A DNA stretch of 64,000 nucleotides from an uncultured Actinomycetes bacterium (GTDB taxonomy: Bacteria > Actinomycetota > UBA4738 > CALAEC01): positions 81,274-145,273 of the forward strand of contig CAZKFH010000001.1 in the NCBI GenBank assembly GCA_964551945.1, written 5' to 3'. The stretch's first letter is position 1, and every line of letters starts with the position of its first letter. Under the pieces are notes generated by a model. It was not told where the DNA came from. It did not search any database and saw only the letters and a program-made list of their open reading frames with translations. Below, one piece after another: positions 56,123 to 64,000 of the stretch. A program made the translations under genes and the position numbers.

Positions 56123-56817
56123 GCGAGCGTGTCCTCGGAATGGAACTCCTCATGCGAGACGTCGCGGAGCCGGCCGTCCTCCATGAACAGGATCCGGTCG
56201 GTGACGTCATGGAAGTCGTCGGGATCGTGCGACACGACCACCACAGCCGCGCCTTCGTCCGCGCGGCGCCGCAGGTCCTGGACCATCCTCGGCCTGAAGG
56301 AGCGGTCGATCGCGTTGGTGGGCTCATCCAGGATCAGGACGGGCTTGTCGCCGGCCAGCGCCCGGGCGATCAGCGCACGCTGCTGCTGTCCACCCGAGAG
56401 CTCGAAGACGCATTCATCTGCAAGGTCGGTCAGCCCCACCGAATCGAGTGCGGCGGCGACAAGCTGGTCATCTTCTTTGCGACTTCCGCGGAACAGTGAG
56501 CGGGCGGGCGTCAGCCCGGCCTCGACGAGCTCCGCCACCGACACGGGCAGCACCATCCGAGCCGCGCCCTGCTGGGGTGCATAGCCGATGCGCCGGCGGG
56601 CCTCGGGGAGGGCGGCGGGCCGGCTCAGCACGAGTACGGTGCCGTGCTCCGGCTCGATAAGGCCGACCACGACCTTGATCAGGGTCGACTTGCCCGAGCC
56701 GTTGGGGCCGGTCAGGACGACGAACTGTCCGGTCGCGATGAAGAGATCGAGTCCGTCGAGAACGGGGACCGGGCCGTAGCCGGCACGGAGCCCGCGAACC
56801 TCGATGGCGGCGGTCAC
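56119..56817 (-). CDS. znuC: metal ABC transporter ATP-binding protein
   Basis: Walker A 'GPNGSGKST', signature 'LSGGQQQR', Walker B 'ILDEPT'. Confidence 0.85.
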   Translation of the reverse strand: MTAAIEVRGLRAGYGPVPVLDGLDLFIATGQFVVLTGPNGSGKSTLIKVVVGLIEPEHGTVLVLSRPAALPEARRRIGYAPQQGAARMVLPVSVAELVEAGLTPARSLFRGSRKEDDQLVAAALDSVGLTDLADECVFELSGGQQQRALIARALAGDKPVLILDEPTNAIDRSFRPRMVQDLRRRADEGAAVVVVSHDPDDFHDVTDRILFMEDGRLRDVSHEEFHSEDTLA

Positions 56818-57713
56818 GGGCAGCCGAGGCCCTCTCGGAGCGACTCGAGGTTGTCTTCCATCACGGTGAGATAGTCGCCGTCTTCCGGTCGTGATTCCAG
56901 CGTATGCAGGGGGAGAGCCTCCACGCCGGCGTCGGACGCGACGGACTCGGCGATCCGCTTCGCCTCGTCGCTTGCCTCGTAGAAGACCGCTTTGGCTCCC
57001 TCCGAGCGCAGGAGATCCGCGGCTTCCTGGAGCGCTGTCGCGGTCGGCTCACCTTCCGGCTCGAGCCCGGCCAAGCCGTGCTGCTCCAAGCCGTACCGAT
57101 GCGCCACATAGCCGAAGGCTTCGTGGGAGACGATCATCTCCGTGACCTCACAGGTCGCCAAGGCCTCCTGGTACGTGCGGTCGAGATCTGTCAGCTCGTC
57201 GCTCAGCGCTCGGGCGTTGTCCTCGTAGTCTGCGGCGCGACCGGAGTCCGCCTCGCTGAGTGCGTCGGCGATCTTGCCCACGATGTCCCGAAACAGGACC
57301 GGATCCAGCCACACGTGCGCGTCGAATGCCGGCTCGCCGTTCTGTTCTGCCGCTTCGTCTTCCTCGTGAGCGTGACCCTCGAGCAGCTCGATCCCCTCCG
57401 TCACGTCGACCACGATTCCCGATGCGTCCCGTACCGAGTCCTCCACCTGCGGCTGGAACCCGATGTCTCCGAGGTAGAGCACGACGTCGGCATCCTCGAT
57501 GGCGGAGCGCTGCTCGAAGCTGAGCTCGACATCGTGTGCCTCGCCGCCCGGGGGGGTGAGGTCGGTCACCCGAACGTCGGAGCCGGCGATGCGCTCCGAG
57601 GCGTACGCCAGCGAGTAGAAGGAGGCGACTACCGATCGGCCATTACCGGTGGCCTCCGAACAGCCCGCCGCGAACAGCGCCGCGATCGTGAGAAAGGTCC
57701 ATAGCTTCTTCAT
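56814..57713 (-). CDS. znuA: metal ABC transporter substrate-binding lipoprotein with His/Asp/Glu-rich loop
   Basis: Lipobox 'LFAAGCS'; ZnuA/TroA fold motifs; 'EGHAHEEDEAAEQNGE' acidic His-rich loop. Confidence 0.8.
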   Translation of the reverse strand: MKKLWTFLTIAALFAAGCSEATGNGRSVVASFYSLAYASERIAGSDVRVTDLTPPGGEAHDVELSFEQRSAIEDADVVLYLGDIGFQPQVEDSVRDASGIVVDVTEGIELLEGHAHEEDEAAEQNGEPAFDAHVWLDPVLFRDIVGKIADALSEADSGRAADYEDNARALSDELTDLDRTYQEALATCEVTEMIVSHEAFGYVAHRYGLEQHGLAGLEPEGEPTATALQEAADLLRSEGAKAVFYEASDEAKRIAESVASDAGVEALPLHTLESRPEDGDYLTVMEDNLESLREGLGCP

Positions 57714-57722
57714 GTTTGGGAA

Positions 57723-57737
57723 TGATAATCGTTCTCA
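57723..57737 (-). promoter_or_regulatory. Fur-box-like imperfect palindrome TGATAATCGTTCTCA; putative Zur box
   Basis: Located 10 nt upstream of the znuA start, between znuA and the divergent yibE/F-like gene. AT-rich in GC-rich context. Confidence 0.5.
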
Positions 57738-57795
57738 AGTAGCGATCGCAACCCGGGTTGTTGCCTCCGGACCGACGGACGCGGAGACTCTGCCC

Positions 57796-58962
57796 ATGTC
57801 TCACCGCTTCGGAAAGGTGGCCCCGCGCACCACGAGGGCGCTCTCCGTGATCGCGGGGGCCTTCGCGGTGGCCACGCTCATCGGCCTGATCGTGCTGAGG
57901 CCAACAGGCGAGGAGCGCGGCGAGCTTCCTGCCCTGGGCTTCCCCAGCGAGGTACTCAGCGGCGAAGTGGTCAAGTCCGAGGAGCACCCGTGCCCGGGCG
58001 AGAGCGAGGCCCAAGGCGGCGTCGTGTGCCGCACCGCGACGTTCAGGATCGCGGAGGGGACCGACGAGGGCGAGTTCTTCACGCAGGAGCTCGTCGTGAG
58101 CGGCACCACGCCGAACCTCGAGGCCGGCGACCCGGTCATGATTGCGGTGGACCCGCTGGCGGAGCCCGAGTTCAAGTACCGCTACTTCGATCGCGCGCGC
58201 GGCTCGCCGCTCCTGTGGCTCTCCTTGCTCTTCGCCGCGGCGGTCGTGGCCCTGGGACGTTGGCGCGGGATCTCGGCGCTGGTGGGACTCGCCGCGAGCT
58301 TCTTCGTGCTCGTGCAGTTCATCCTTCCCTCAATCCTCGACGGACGGAGCGCGCTTCCCGTCGCGATCGTGGGCGCGGCCGCGATCGCCTTCCTCGCGCT
58401 CTACACCGCGCACGGGTTCGGCACGATGACCACGGTGGCCCTGCTGGGCACGCTCGCGAGCCTGGCGCTGGTGGCCATCCTGGCGAACGTGTTCACCGGG
58501 CTGACGGAGCTCACCGGCCTCGCGTCCGAGGAGTCCATCGTGGTCCAGATCGGAGCGGCAAACGTGGACCTCGCCGGCATCGTCCTGGGCGGAATGGTGA
58601 TCGGCGCGCTCGGAGCGATCGACGACATGACCGTCACGCAGGCCTCGGCGGTCTGGGAGCTGCATTCGATCGACCCGGGGATGTCGAAGGCATCGCTGGT
58701 CCGCTCCGCCCTCGCCATTGGACGAGACCATGTGGCCTCCACGGTCAACACGCTCGCGCTGGCGTACGCGGGAGCCTCGATGCCAGTCCTCCTGCTCCTG
58801 GTCCTGTCGGGGCAGTCCCTGACCACGGTGGCCAGCGGCGAGGTGATCGCCACCGAGATCGTCAGAACCCTCGTGGGGAGCATCGGACTGGTTGCCGCCG
58901 TCCCCATGACCACCGCGCTGGCGGCCTGGGCGGTCGGTCCCGGCCGAGCTCCGTCCGAGTAA
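57796..58962 (+). CDS. YibE/F family membrane protein
   Basis: ATG at 57796; N-terminal periplasmic segment then 8 TM with the YibE/F pattern. Confidence 0.65.
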   Translation: MSHRFGKVAPRTTRALSVIAGAFAVATLIGLIVLRPTGEERGELPALGFPSEVLSGEVVKSEEHPCPGESEAQGGVVCRTATFRIAEGTDEGEFFTQELVVSGTTPNLEAGDPVMIAVDPLAEPEFKYRYFDRARGSPLLWLSLLFAAAVVALGRWRGISALVGLAASFFVLVQFILPSILDGRSALPVAIVGAAAIAFLALYTAHGFGTMTTVALLGTLASLALVAILANVFTGLTELTGLASEESIVVQIGAANVDLAGIVLGGMVIGALGAIDDMTVTQASAVWELHSIDPGMSKASLVRSALAIGRDHVASTVNTLALAYAGASMPVLLLLVLSGQSLTTVASGEVIATEIVRTLVGSIGLVAAVPMTTALAAWAVGPGRAPSE

Positions 58963-58989
58963 CCTCCGGGCCCCTGGTACGATTCGGCC

Positions 58990-59541
58990 GTGCTCGGCCT
59001 GTGGATCCTCCTCGGCGTCGTCGGCGTCCTGCTGCTGTACGTCATCCTGACGTTCAACCGCCTGGTACGGCATCGGAACCGCGTCGAGAATTCCTGGTCC
59101 GGCATCGACGTCCAGCTGCGACGCCGCTACGACCTCATCCCGAACCTCATCGAGACCGTGAAGGGCTACGCGACACACGAGCGTGAGCTGTTCGAGCAGG
59201 TCACACGCGCAAGAACCCAGGCGATGGACGCGGGCACGGTCGGTGATCAAGCGCAGGCGGAGCGACAGGTCACCCAGAGCCTGGGCAAGTTGCTGGCGGT
59301 CGCGGAGGCGTACCCGCAGCTCCGCGCGAATGAGAACTTCCTTGCGCTGCAGGAGGAGCTGACGGCGACCGAGAGCAAGATCGCCTTCGCGCGCCAGTTC
59401 TACAACGACCAGGTGATGCGCTTCAACACGATCATCCAGCAGTTCCCATCCGTCGTCGTCGCCCGACTGACCGGGTTCCGCGAGCGAGAGTTCTTCGAGA
59501 CCGAAGAGGACTCGCGCGGCGCCGTGGCCGTCGACATCTAA
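58990..59541 (+). CDS. lemA: LemA family protein
   Basis: N-terminal TM then 'RYDLIPNLIETVKGYA…AEAYPQLRANENF' LemA signature. Confidence 0.8.
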   Translation: MLGLWILLGVVGVLLLYVILTFNRLVRHRNRVENSWSGIDVQLRRRYDLIPNLIETVKGYATHERELFEQVTRARTQAMDAGTVGDQAQAERQVTQSLGKLLAVAEAYPQLRANENFLALQEELTATESKIAFARQFYNDQVMRFNTIIQQFPSVVVARLTGFREREFFETEEDSRGAVAVDI

Positions 59542-59544
59542 GCC

Positions 59545-60435
59545 GTGTACGAGCAGATCACCAGCAACAGGCTCCGGTCCTTCCTGCTCGTCTTTCTCGT
59601 GATCCTCCTCGCCGGAGGGATGGGATGGCTGCTCGGCGAGTGGCTCGGCGGCGGGCCCGCCGGGATCCTCGGGCTGGCCGTTGCGCTCGGCATCGCGGGC
59701 GTCATGTCCTTCATGTCGTATCGGTTCGGCGATCGGCTCGTGCTGCGTGTGAGTCGTGCCAAGCCCGCCGATCCTCAGCAGTACGCCCAGCTTCACAACC
59801 TGATGGAGGGGCTCTCGATCGCGGCCGGCACGCCGAAGCCGGCCCTCTACGTCATCGACGAGCCGGCACCGAACGCGTTCGCGACGGGGCGCAATCCCGA
59901 GCACTCATCCGTCGCGGTGACGACCGGCCTGATCGAGGCCACGAACCGCGTCGAGCTCGAGGGCGTGCTGGCGCACGAGCTCTCTCACATCACGAACCGC
60001 GACATGCTCGTGAACACGCTGACGGCGACGCTCGTCGGGGTGGTCGCCCTGATCTCCGGCTGGATGCGGCGCATCCTGTTCTGGGGTGGCGGCCGTCGGA
60101 AGGGGACGGCGCCATTCGTGCTCATCATCGGCCTGGTCGGAGCGATCCTCGCGCCGCTCGCCGCACAGCTGATCCGTTTCGCGATCTCGCGCCGACGCGA
60201 GTACCTGGCAGACGCGAACGGCGCGCTGCTCACCCGCTACCCCCCCGGTCTCGCGAGCGCGCTGCGAAAGATCTCCCAGAATCCCAACCAGATGCGGGTC
60301 GCGAACAACGCGACCGCTCATCTCTGGCTCAGCCAGCCGTCCCGAGCGGCGGGAGAAGGCCACACGGGGATCGAGCGTCTCTTCTCGACCCACCCGCCGA
60401 TCCAGGAGCGGATCAGCATCCTCGAGGAGATGTGA
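59545..60435 (+). CDS. htpX: zinc metalloprotease HtpX (M48 family)
   Basis: 'HELSHITNRD' HExxH, and the downstream 'EYLAD' glutamate. Confidence 0.85.
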   Translation: MYEQITSNRLRSFLLVFLVILLAGGMGWLLGEWLGGGPAGILGLAVALGIAGVMSFMSYRFGDRLVLRVSRAKPADPQQYAQLHNLMEGLSIAAGTPKPALYVIDEPAPNAFATGRNPEHSSVAVTTGLIEATNRVELEGVLAHELSHITNRDMLVNTLTATLVGVVALISGWMRRILFWGGGRRKGTAPFVLIIGLVGAILAPLAAQLIRFAISRRREYLADANGALLTRYPPGLASALRKISQNPNQMRVANNATAHLWLSQPSRAAGEGHTGIERLFSTHPPIQERISILEEM

Positions 60436-60514
60436 CGCTCATTCGTTGATGCGCCTCGCCGAGGCCGATAGCATGAGGCCTCGGCCTTCCCCCCAACTCA
60501 GGAGGACTTCCAAA

Positions 60515-61534
60515 GTGGCTTCAGCACGTCTGAGAACGCTGTTCGCTTTGCTCGCTGCCTGCTCGCTCCTCGCCGCCTGTGGCGGTGACAGCGGTGGAGA
60601 GGATGGCGAGCTGTCCGAGCTCGGCATCGGTGAGGATGCACCGCCGGTCTGTCCGCTGACCGGCGTCGAGGCCGAAGACGAATCGCTGCTCGAGCGACGC
60701 GTCCTGGCAGTCAAGATCGAGAACTCGCCGGAGGCGCGGCCGCAGATCGGGCTCGTGGAGGCCGACATCGTCTACGAGCAGGAAGCCGAGGGCGGGATCA
60801 CGCGGTTCAACGTCCTGTACCACTGCGAGGACTCGGAGAGGATCGGCCCCATCCGGAGCGCAAGGCCGGTCGATCCCGCGATCCTGCAGCAATACGGCGA
60901 CCCCCTGTTCGTCCACGCCGGAAGCGTCGACGCTGTGATCGAGGACGTCGAGGCCGCCGGGATCGAGGACATCAACTGCAACTTCGAGGTTGATGTGTGC
61001 CCGCGCGACCCGAACCACACTGCGCCGCACGACGTCTTCACCTCAACCGACGCGCTCCGAGACGCTGGCAAGACGCCAGGCTCGGCGCCCGAGGCGGTCT
61101 TCACCTACGACGAGGAAGTCCCGAAGGGCAAGCGTGGTCGCGAGGTGAACCTCAACTTCTCGCCCGTCGCGAACGTCTTCTGGCGCTACCGCGCCAACCA
61201 GGGCCAGTACCTGCGTTTCCACGACGACACCGCTCACGACCTGGAGGACGGGTCCCAGGTGGCGGCGGACAACGTGGTGGTGATGGTGGTCGAGCGGTTC
61301 GACACTCGGATCACTGATGCAGCCGGGAACGCCGTGCCGAACTTCGAGATCGTCGGCTCCGGGGACCTGTACGTCTTCCGCAACGGGAAGGTCATCCAGG
61401 GCCGGTGGGACCGTGACGAGGACAGCGACAAGACCCAGCTCCTGGACAGGAAGGGCGAGGAGATCTTCCTCGCGCCCGGCCAGACCTGGGTCGAGCTGTT
61501 CCCCGACGACCCGGCATCGCCCGTCGAGTTCTGA
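60515..61534 (+). CDS. DUF3048 domain lipoprotein
   Basis: GTG at 60515 after AGGAGGA; lipobox 'LLAACG'; '[24 protein letters not shown]' DUF3048 core. Confidence 0.6.
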   Translation: MASARLRTLFALLAACSLLAACGGDSGGEDGELSELGIGEDAPPVCPLTGVEAEDESLLERRVLAVKIENSPEARPQIGLVEADIVYEQEAEGGITRFNVLYHCEDSERIGPIRSARPVDPAILQQYGDPLFVHAGSVDAVIEDVEAAGIEDINCNFEVDVCPRDPNHTAPHDVFTSTDALRDAGKTPGSAPEAVFTYDEEVPKGKRGREVNLNFSPVANVFWRYRANQGQYLRFHDDTAHDLEDGSQVAADNVVVMVVERFDTRITDAAGNAVPNFEIVGSGDLYVFRNGKVIQGRWDRDEDSDKTQLLDRKGEEIFLAPGQTWVELFPDDPASPVEF

Positions 61535-61593
61535 CGCGCGGACGCCTCCAGGCCCCGCGCCGTATCCTGAGAGCTCGACGATCGGGGGTCGAG

Positions 61594-62481
61594 ATGGACA
61601 GGGAGACGGGCACGTTCACGGTGAAGTCGGGCCTCGCCGAGATGCTCAAGGGCGGGGTCATCATGGACGTCACCAACGCCGAGCAGGCCAAGATCGCCGA
61701 GGACGCCGGCGCCGTCGCCGTGATGGCGCTCGAGCGTGTGCCCGCCGACATCCGGGCCGAGGGCGGCGTCGCCCGCATGGCGGATCCCACGAAGGTGCAG
61801 GAGATCATGGAGGCCGTCACGATCCCTGTCATGGCGAAATGCCGGATCGGCCACTTCGTCGAGGCCCAGATCCTGCAGGCCCAAGGCGTCGACTACATCG
61901 ACGAGTCCGAGGTCCTTACCCCCGCCGACGAGTCGTACCACATCGACAAGTGGGGATTCACGGTTCCTTTCGTCTGTGGCGCTCGCGATCTCGGTGAGGC
62001 GTTGCGCCGGATCGCGGAGGGCGCGGCGATGATCCGCACGAAGGGCGAGGCCGGCACGGGCAACGTCGTCGAGGCAGTTCGCCACGTGCGCACGATCAAC
62101 AAGCAGATCGCGGCGCTCAAAGGCGCGCGGGGAGAGGAGCTCGGGACGGCCGCCAAGGAGCTCGGTGCTCCGCTGGAGCTCGTGCGTCAGGTCGCGGCAA
62201 CCGGCTCGCTCCCTCTCGTGAACTTCGCGGCCGGTGGTCTCGCGACGCCGGCCGACGCGGCGCTGATGATGCAGCTCGGAATGGATGGCGTGTTCGTCGG
62301 CTCTGGGATCTACAAGTCCGAGGACCCGGCGCCCCGAGCCCGGGCGATCGTCGAGGCCACGACCTACTTCGAGGATCCCGACATGCTCGCGAAGATCTCG
62401 GCGGGTCTCGGCGAGCCCATGCCCGGCATCGAAATCTCGACCCTTGGCGAGGAGAATCTGCTCCAGAAGCGCGGCTGGTGA
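61594..62481 (+). CDS. pdxS: pyridoxal 5'-phosphate synthase lyase subunit
   Basis: Near-invariant PdxS sequence ('LKGGVIMDV', '[12 protein letters not shown]', 'KCRIGH'). Confidence 0.92.
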   Translation: MDRETGTFTVKSGLAEMLKGGVIMDVTNAEQAKIAEDAGAVAVMALERVPADIRAEGGVARMADPTKVQEIMEAVTIPVMAKCRIGHFVEAQILQAQGVDYIDESEVLTPADESYHIDKWGFTVPFVCGARDLGEALRRIAEGAAMIRTKGEAGTGNVVEAVRHVRTINKQIAALKGARGEELGTAAKELGAPLELVRQVAATGSLPLVNFAAGGLATPADAALMMQLGMDGVFVGSGIYKSEDPAPRARAIVEATTYFEDPDMLAKISAGLGEPMPGIEISTLGEENLLQKRGW

Positions 62482-62601
62482 GCGAGGCGCCCGCACCAGC
62501 GAGACCAGAGGGCCGCGCAGCGCACGTCATCTCGCAGCTCGGTGGTGGCACCTGCGGCAGGGCCGCCTATTGACGACCCCACCGCCGAAAGCGATCGAGG
62601 C

Positions 62602-62988
62602 TTAGCTCTCGCGGTCCTGTGTCAGCGCGAGCGTGTTGCCCTCGCTGTCCTTGAACCACGCACCGAGGAATCCGTCCATGCTCGCGACGTCACCCTCCCA
62701 CTCGATGCCTTCCATCTCGAAGGTGTCGAAGGTCACACCGCTGGACTTCAGCTCCGCGACGGTTGCCTTGACGTCGGGAACCGTCCACTCCATCTGCGTG
62801 TTCTTCGCCGTTCCCGCGTACGGCGTCGGGAACAGCCCGAATCCAGTACCGCCGGTCTCGTAGTACACACCGCCGATGTCCTCTTCCTTGGGCGTGAGAC
62901 CGAGCTTGTCCTTGTACCAGGCCTTGGCCCGGTCCATGTCGGCGACCGGCAGTGTTGCGTGTGCTGCATAGCCCTCCAGGATCGACAT
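62602..62988 (-). CDS. VOC family (glyoxalase-like) protein
   Basis: 128 aa; the glyoxalase fold pattern occurs twice. Confidence 0.65.
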   Translation of the reverse strand: MSILEGYAAHATLPVADMDRAKAWYKDKLGLTPKEEDIGGVYYETGGTGFGLFPTPYAGTAKNTQMEWTVPDVKATVAELKSSGVTFDTFEMEGIEWEGDVASMDGFLGAWFKDSEGNTLALTQDRES

Positions 62989-63057
62989 GTGTTGCCTCCT
63001 CTCCGGGGCCGCCCGGCCCCGTGGCGTTCGATGGTACGCCGGAGCGGGCAGGAGTGG

Positions 63058-64000
63058 TTAGCGGGGTGGTGGACCGACGCCCATACGCTCCCGTACGAGG
63101 GCGAGCGTCTCCGACGAGATCGCGCGCGCTTTGTCGGCACCCTTCGACAGGATCTCCTCGAGTGCGGCCTGATCCGGCCGGATCTCCGCATAGCGATCGC
63201 GGATCGGCCCGAGGTGCTCGGCGACCGCATCGCCGACGGCCTGCTTGAAGGCGGCGTACCCCTCGGCAGACGCGTACTCCTTCTCTACGTGGTCCTGATC
63301 GACGCCGCGAACTGCGGCGAGGATGTCGATGAGGTTCGTGATGCCGGCCTTGTCGGGTCCGCGGACGATCTCCCTGCCCGAGTCGGTGACGGCGCTCTTG
63401 AACTTCTTCACGATGGCGGCGGGCTCGTCGAGAACGTAGACAGTTCCCTGCTCCGAGCCGCCCGTCGTGGACATCTTGTTCTCCGGGTTCTGCAGGTCCA
63501 TGATGCGCGCGCCGACTTTGGGAATGCGATGCTCGGGAACCACGAGCGTTTCGCCGAACCGCGCGTTGAACCGTTGCGCGATCTCGCGCATCAGCTCGAT
63601 GTGCTGCTTCTGATCCTCGCCGACCGGCACCTCGTCCACCTTGTACGCCAGCACGTCCGCCGCCTGCAGCACGGGGTAGAAGAACAATCCGCTCGATACG
63701 AGCTCCTTCTGCTGCGGCGCCTTCTCCTTGAACTGGTGCATCCGTCCGAGCTCGCCGTACGCGGTCACGTTCGCGAGGTACCAGCAGAGCTCCGTGTGCT
63801 CGGGCACGTCCCCCTGGCGGAACAGGATGCAGCGGTCCGGGTCGAGTCCGGCAGCCAGCAGGATGGCCGCGGTGTCGTAGACACGCTCGCGAAGCTCCGT
63901 GGGTTCGTATGCCACGGTGATCGCGTGGAGGTCGACGATGCAGTAGATGGCCTCGCCCCGGTCTTGACCCTCGACGTACTGCCGGATCGCCCCGATGTAG
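63058..64000 (-). CDS. trpS: tryptophan--tRNA ligase (C-terminal part; 5' end beyond window)
   Basis: 'KMSTTGG' = class I KMSKS motif; the frame remains open to the window edge. Confidence 0.85.
   Translation of the reverse strand, partial: YIGAIRQYVEGQDRGEAIYCIVDLHAITVAYEPTELRERVYDTAAILLAAGLDPDRCILFRQGDVPEHTELCWYLANVTAYGELGRMHQFKEKAPQQKELVSSGLFFYPVLQAADVLAYKVDEVPVGEDQKQHIELMREIAQRFNARFGETLVVPEHRIPKVGARIMDLQNPENKMSTTGGSEQGTVYVLDEPAAIVKKFKSAVTDSGREIVRGPDKAGITNLIDILAAVRGVDQDHVEKEYASAEGYAAFKQAVGDAVAEHLGPIRDRYAEIRPDQAALEEILSKGADKARAISSETLALVRERMGVGPPPR

Overview
High-GC (roughly 70%) actinobacterial-type chromosomal segment, densely coding with about 69 protein genes. No rRNA, tRNA, CRISPR array or transposase was recognised. 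Main content: (i) A full arginine biosynthesis operon argC-[Phd/YefM-RelE/ParE toxin-antitoxin]-argJ-[small membrane ORF]-argB-argD-argR-argG/argH. argG and argH are read as one continuous 887-aa ORF joined by a Pro/Ala linker. (ii) A zinc-uptake znuA-znuC-znuB-zur operon with a Fur-family box. (iii) A patA-like/pimA-like phosphatidylinositol-mannoside gene pair. (iv) pdxS, htpX, lemA and a partial trpS. (v) A cAMP signalling operon: TPR plus class III adenylate cyclase, then an Npt/TLC-like transporter with HEAT repeats and a cNMP-binding domain, then a cupin and an RibD-C reductase. Next to it is a MASE1-GGDEF gene. (vi) A large secreted/envelope island: RTX-type Ca-binding proteins, membrane-anchored beta-propellers, a 12-blade Kelch protein, M64 and M14 peptidases, FG-GAP, BNR-sialidase-like and LCP proteins. 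The most notable observation is two independent in-frame TGA codons. Each sits exactly at the catalytic cysteine position of a recognisable enzyme family: a BCP-type peroxiredoxin lipoprotein, and a MerB-like organomercurial lyase. Each is followed 12-14 nt downstream by a GC-rich hairpin with a GU-containing loop, as expected for a bacterial SECIS element. These are therefore predicted selenoproteins. The MerB-like gene is translationally coupled to an alkyltransferase-like (ATL, Cys-less MGMT) gene and flanked by two DUF1801 paralogs, forming a candidate undescribed detoxification/repair module. All calls are from reading the six-frame translations and the DNA by eye; no database search was possible.
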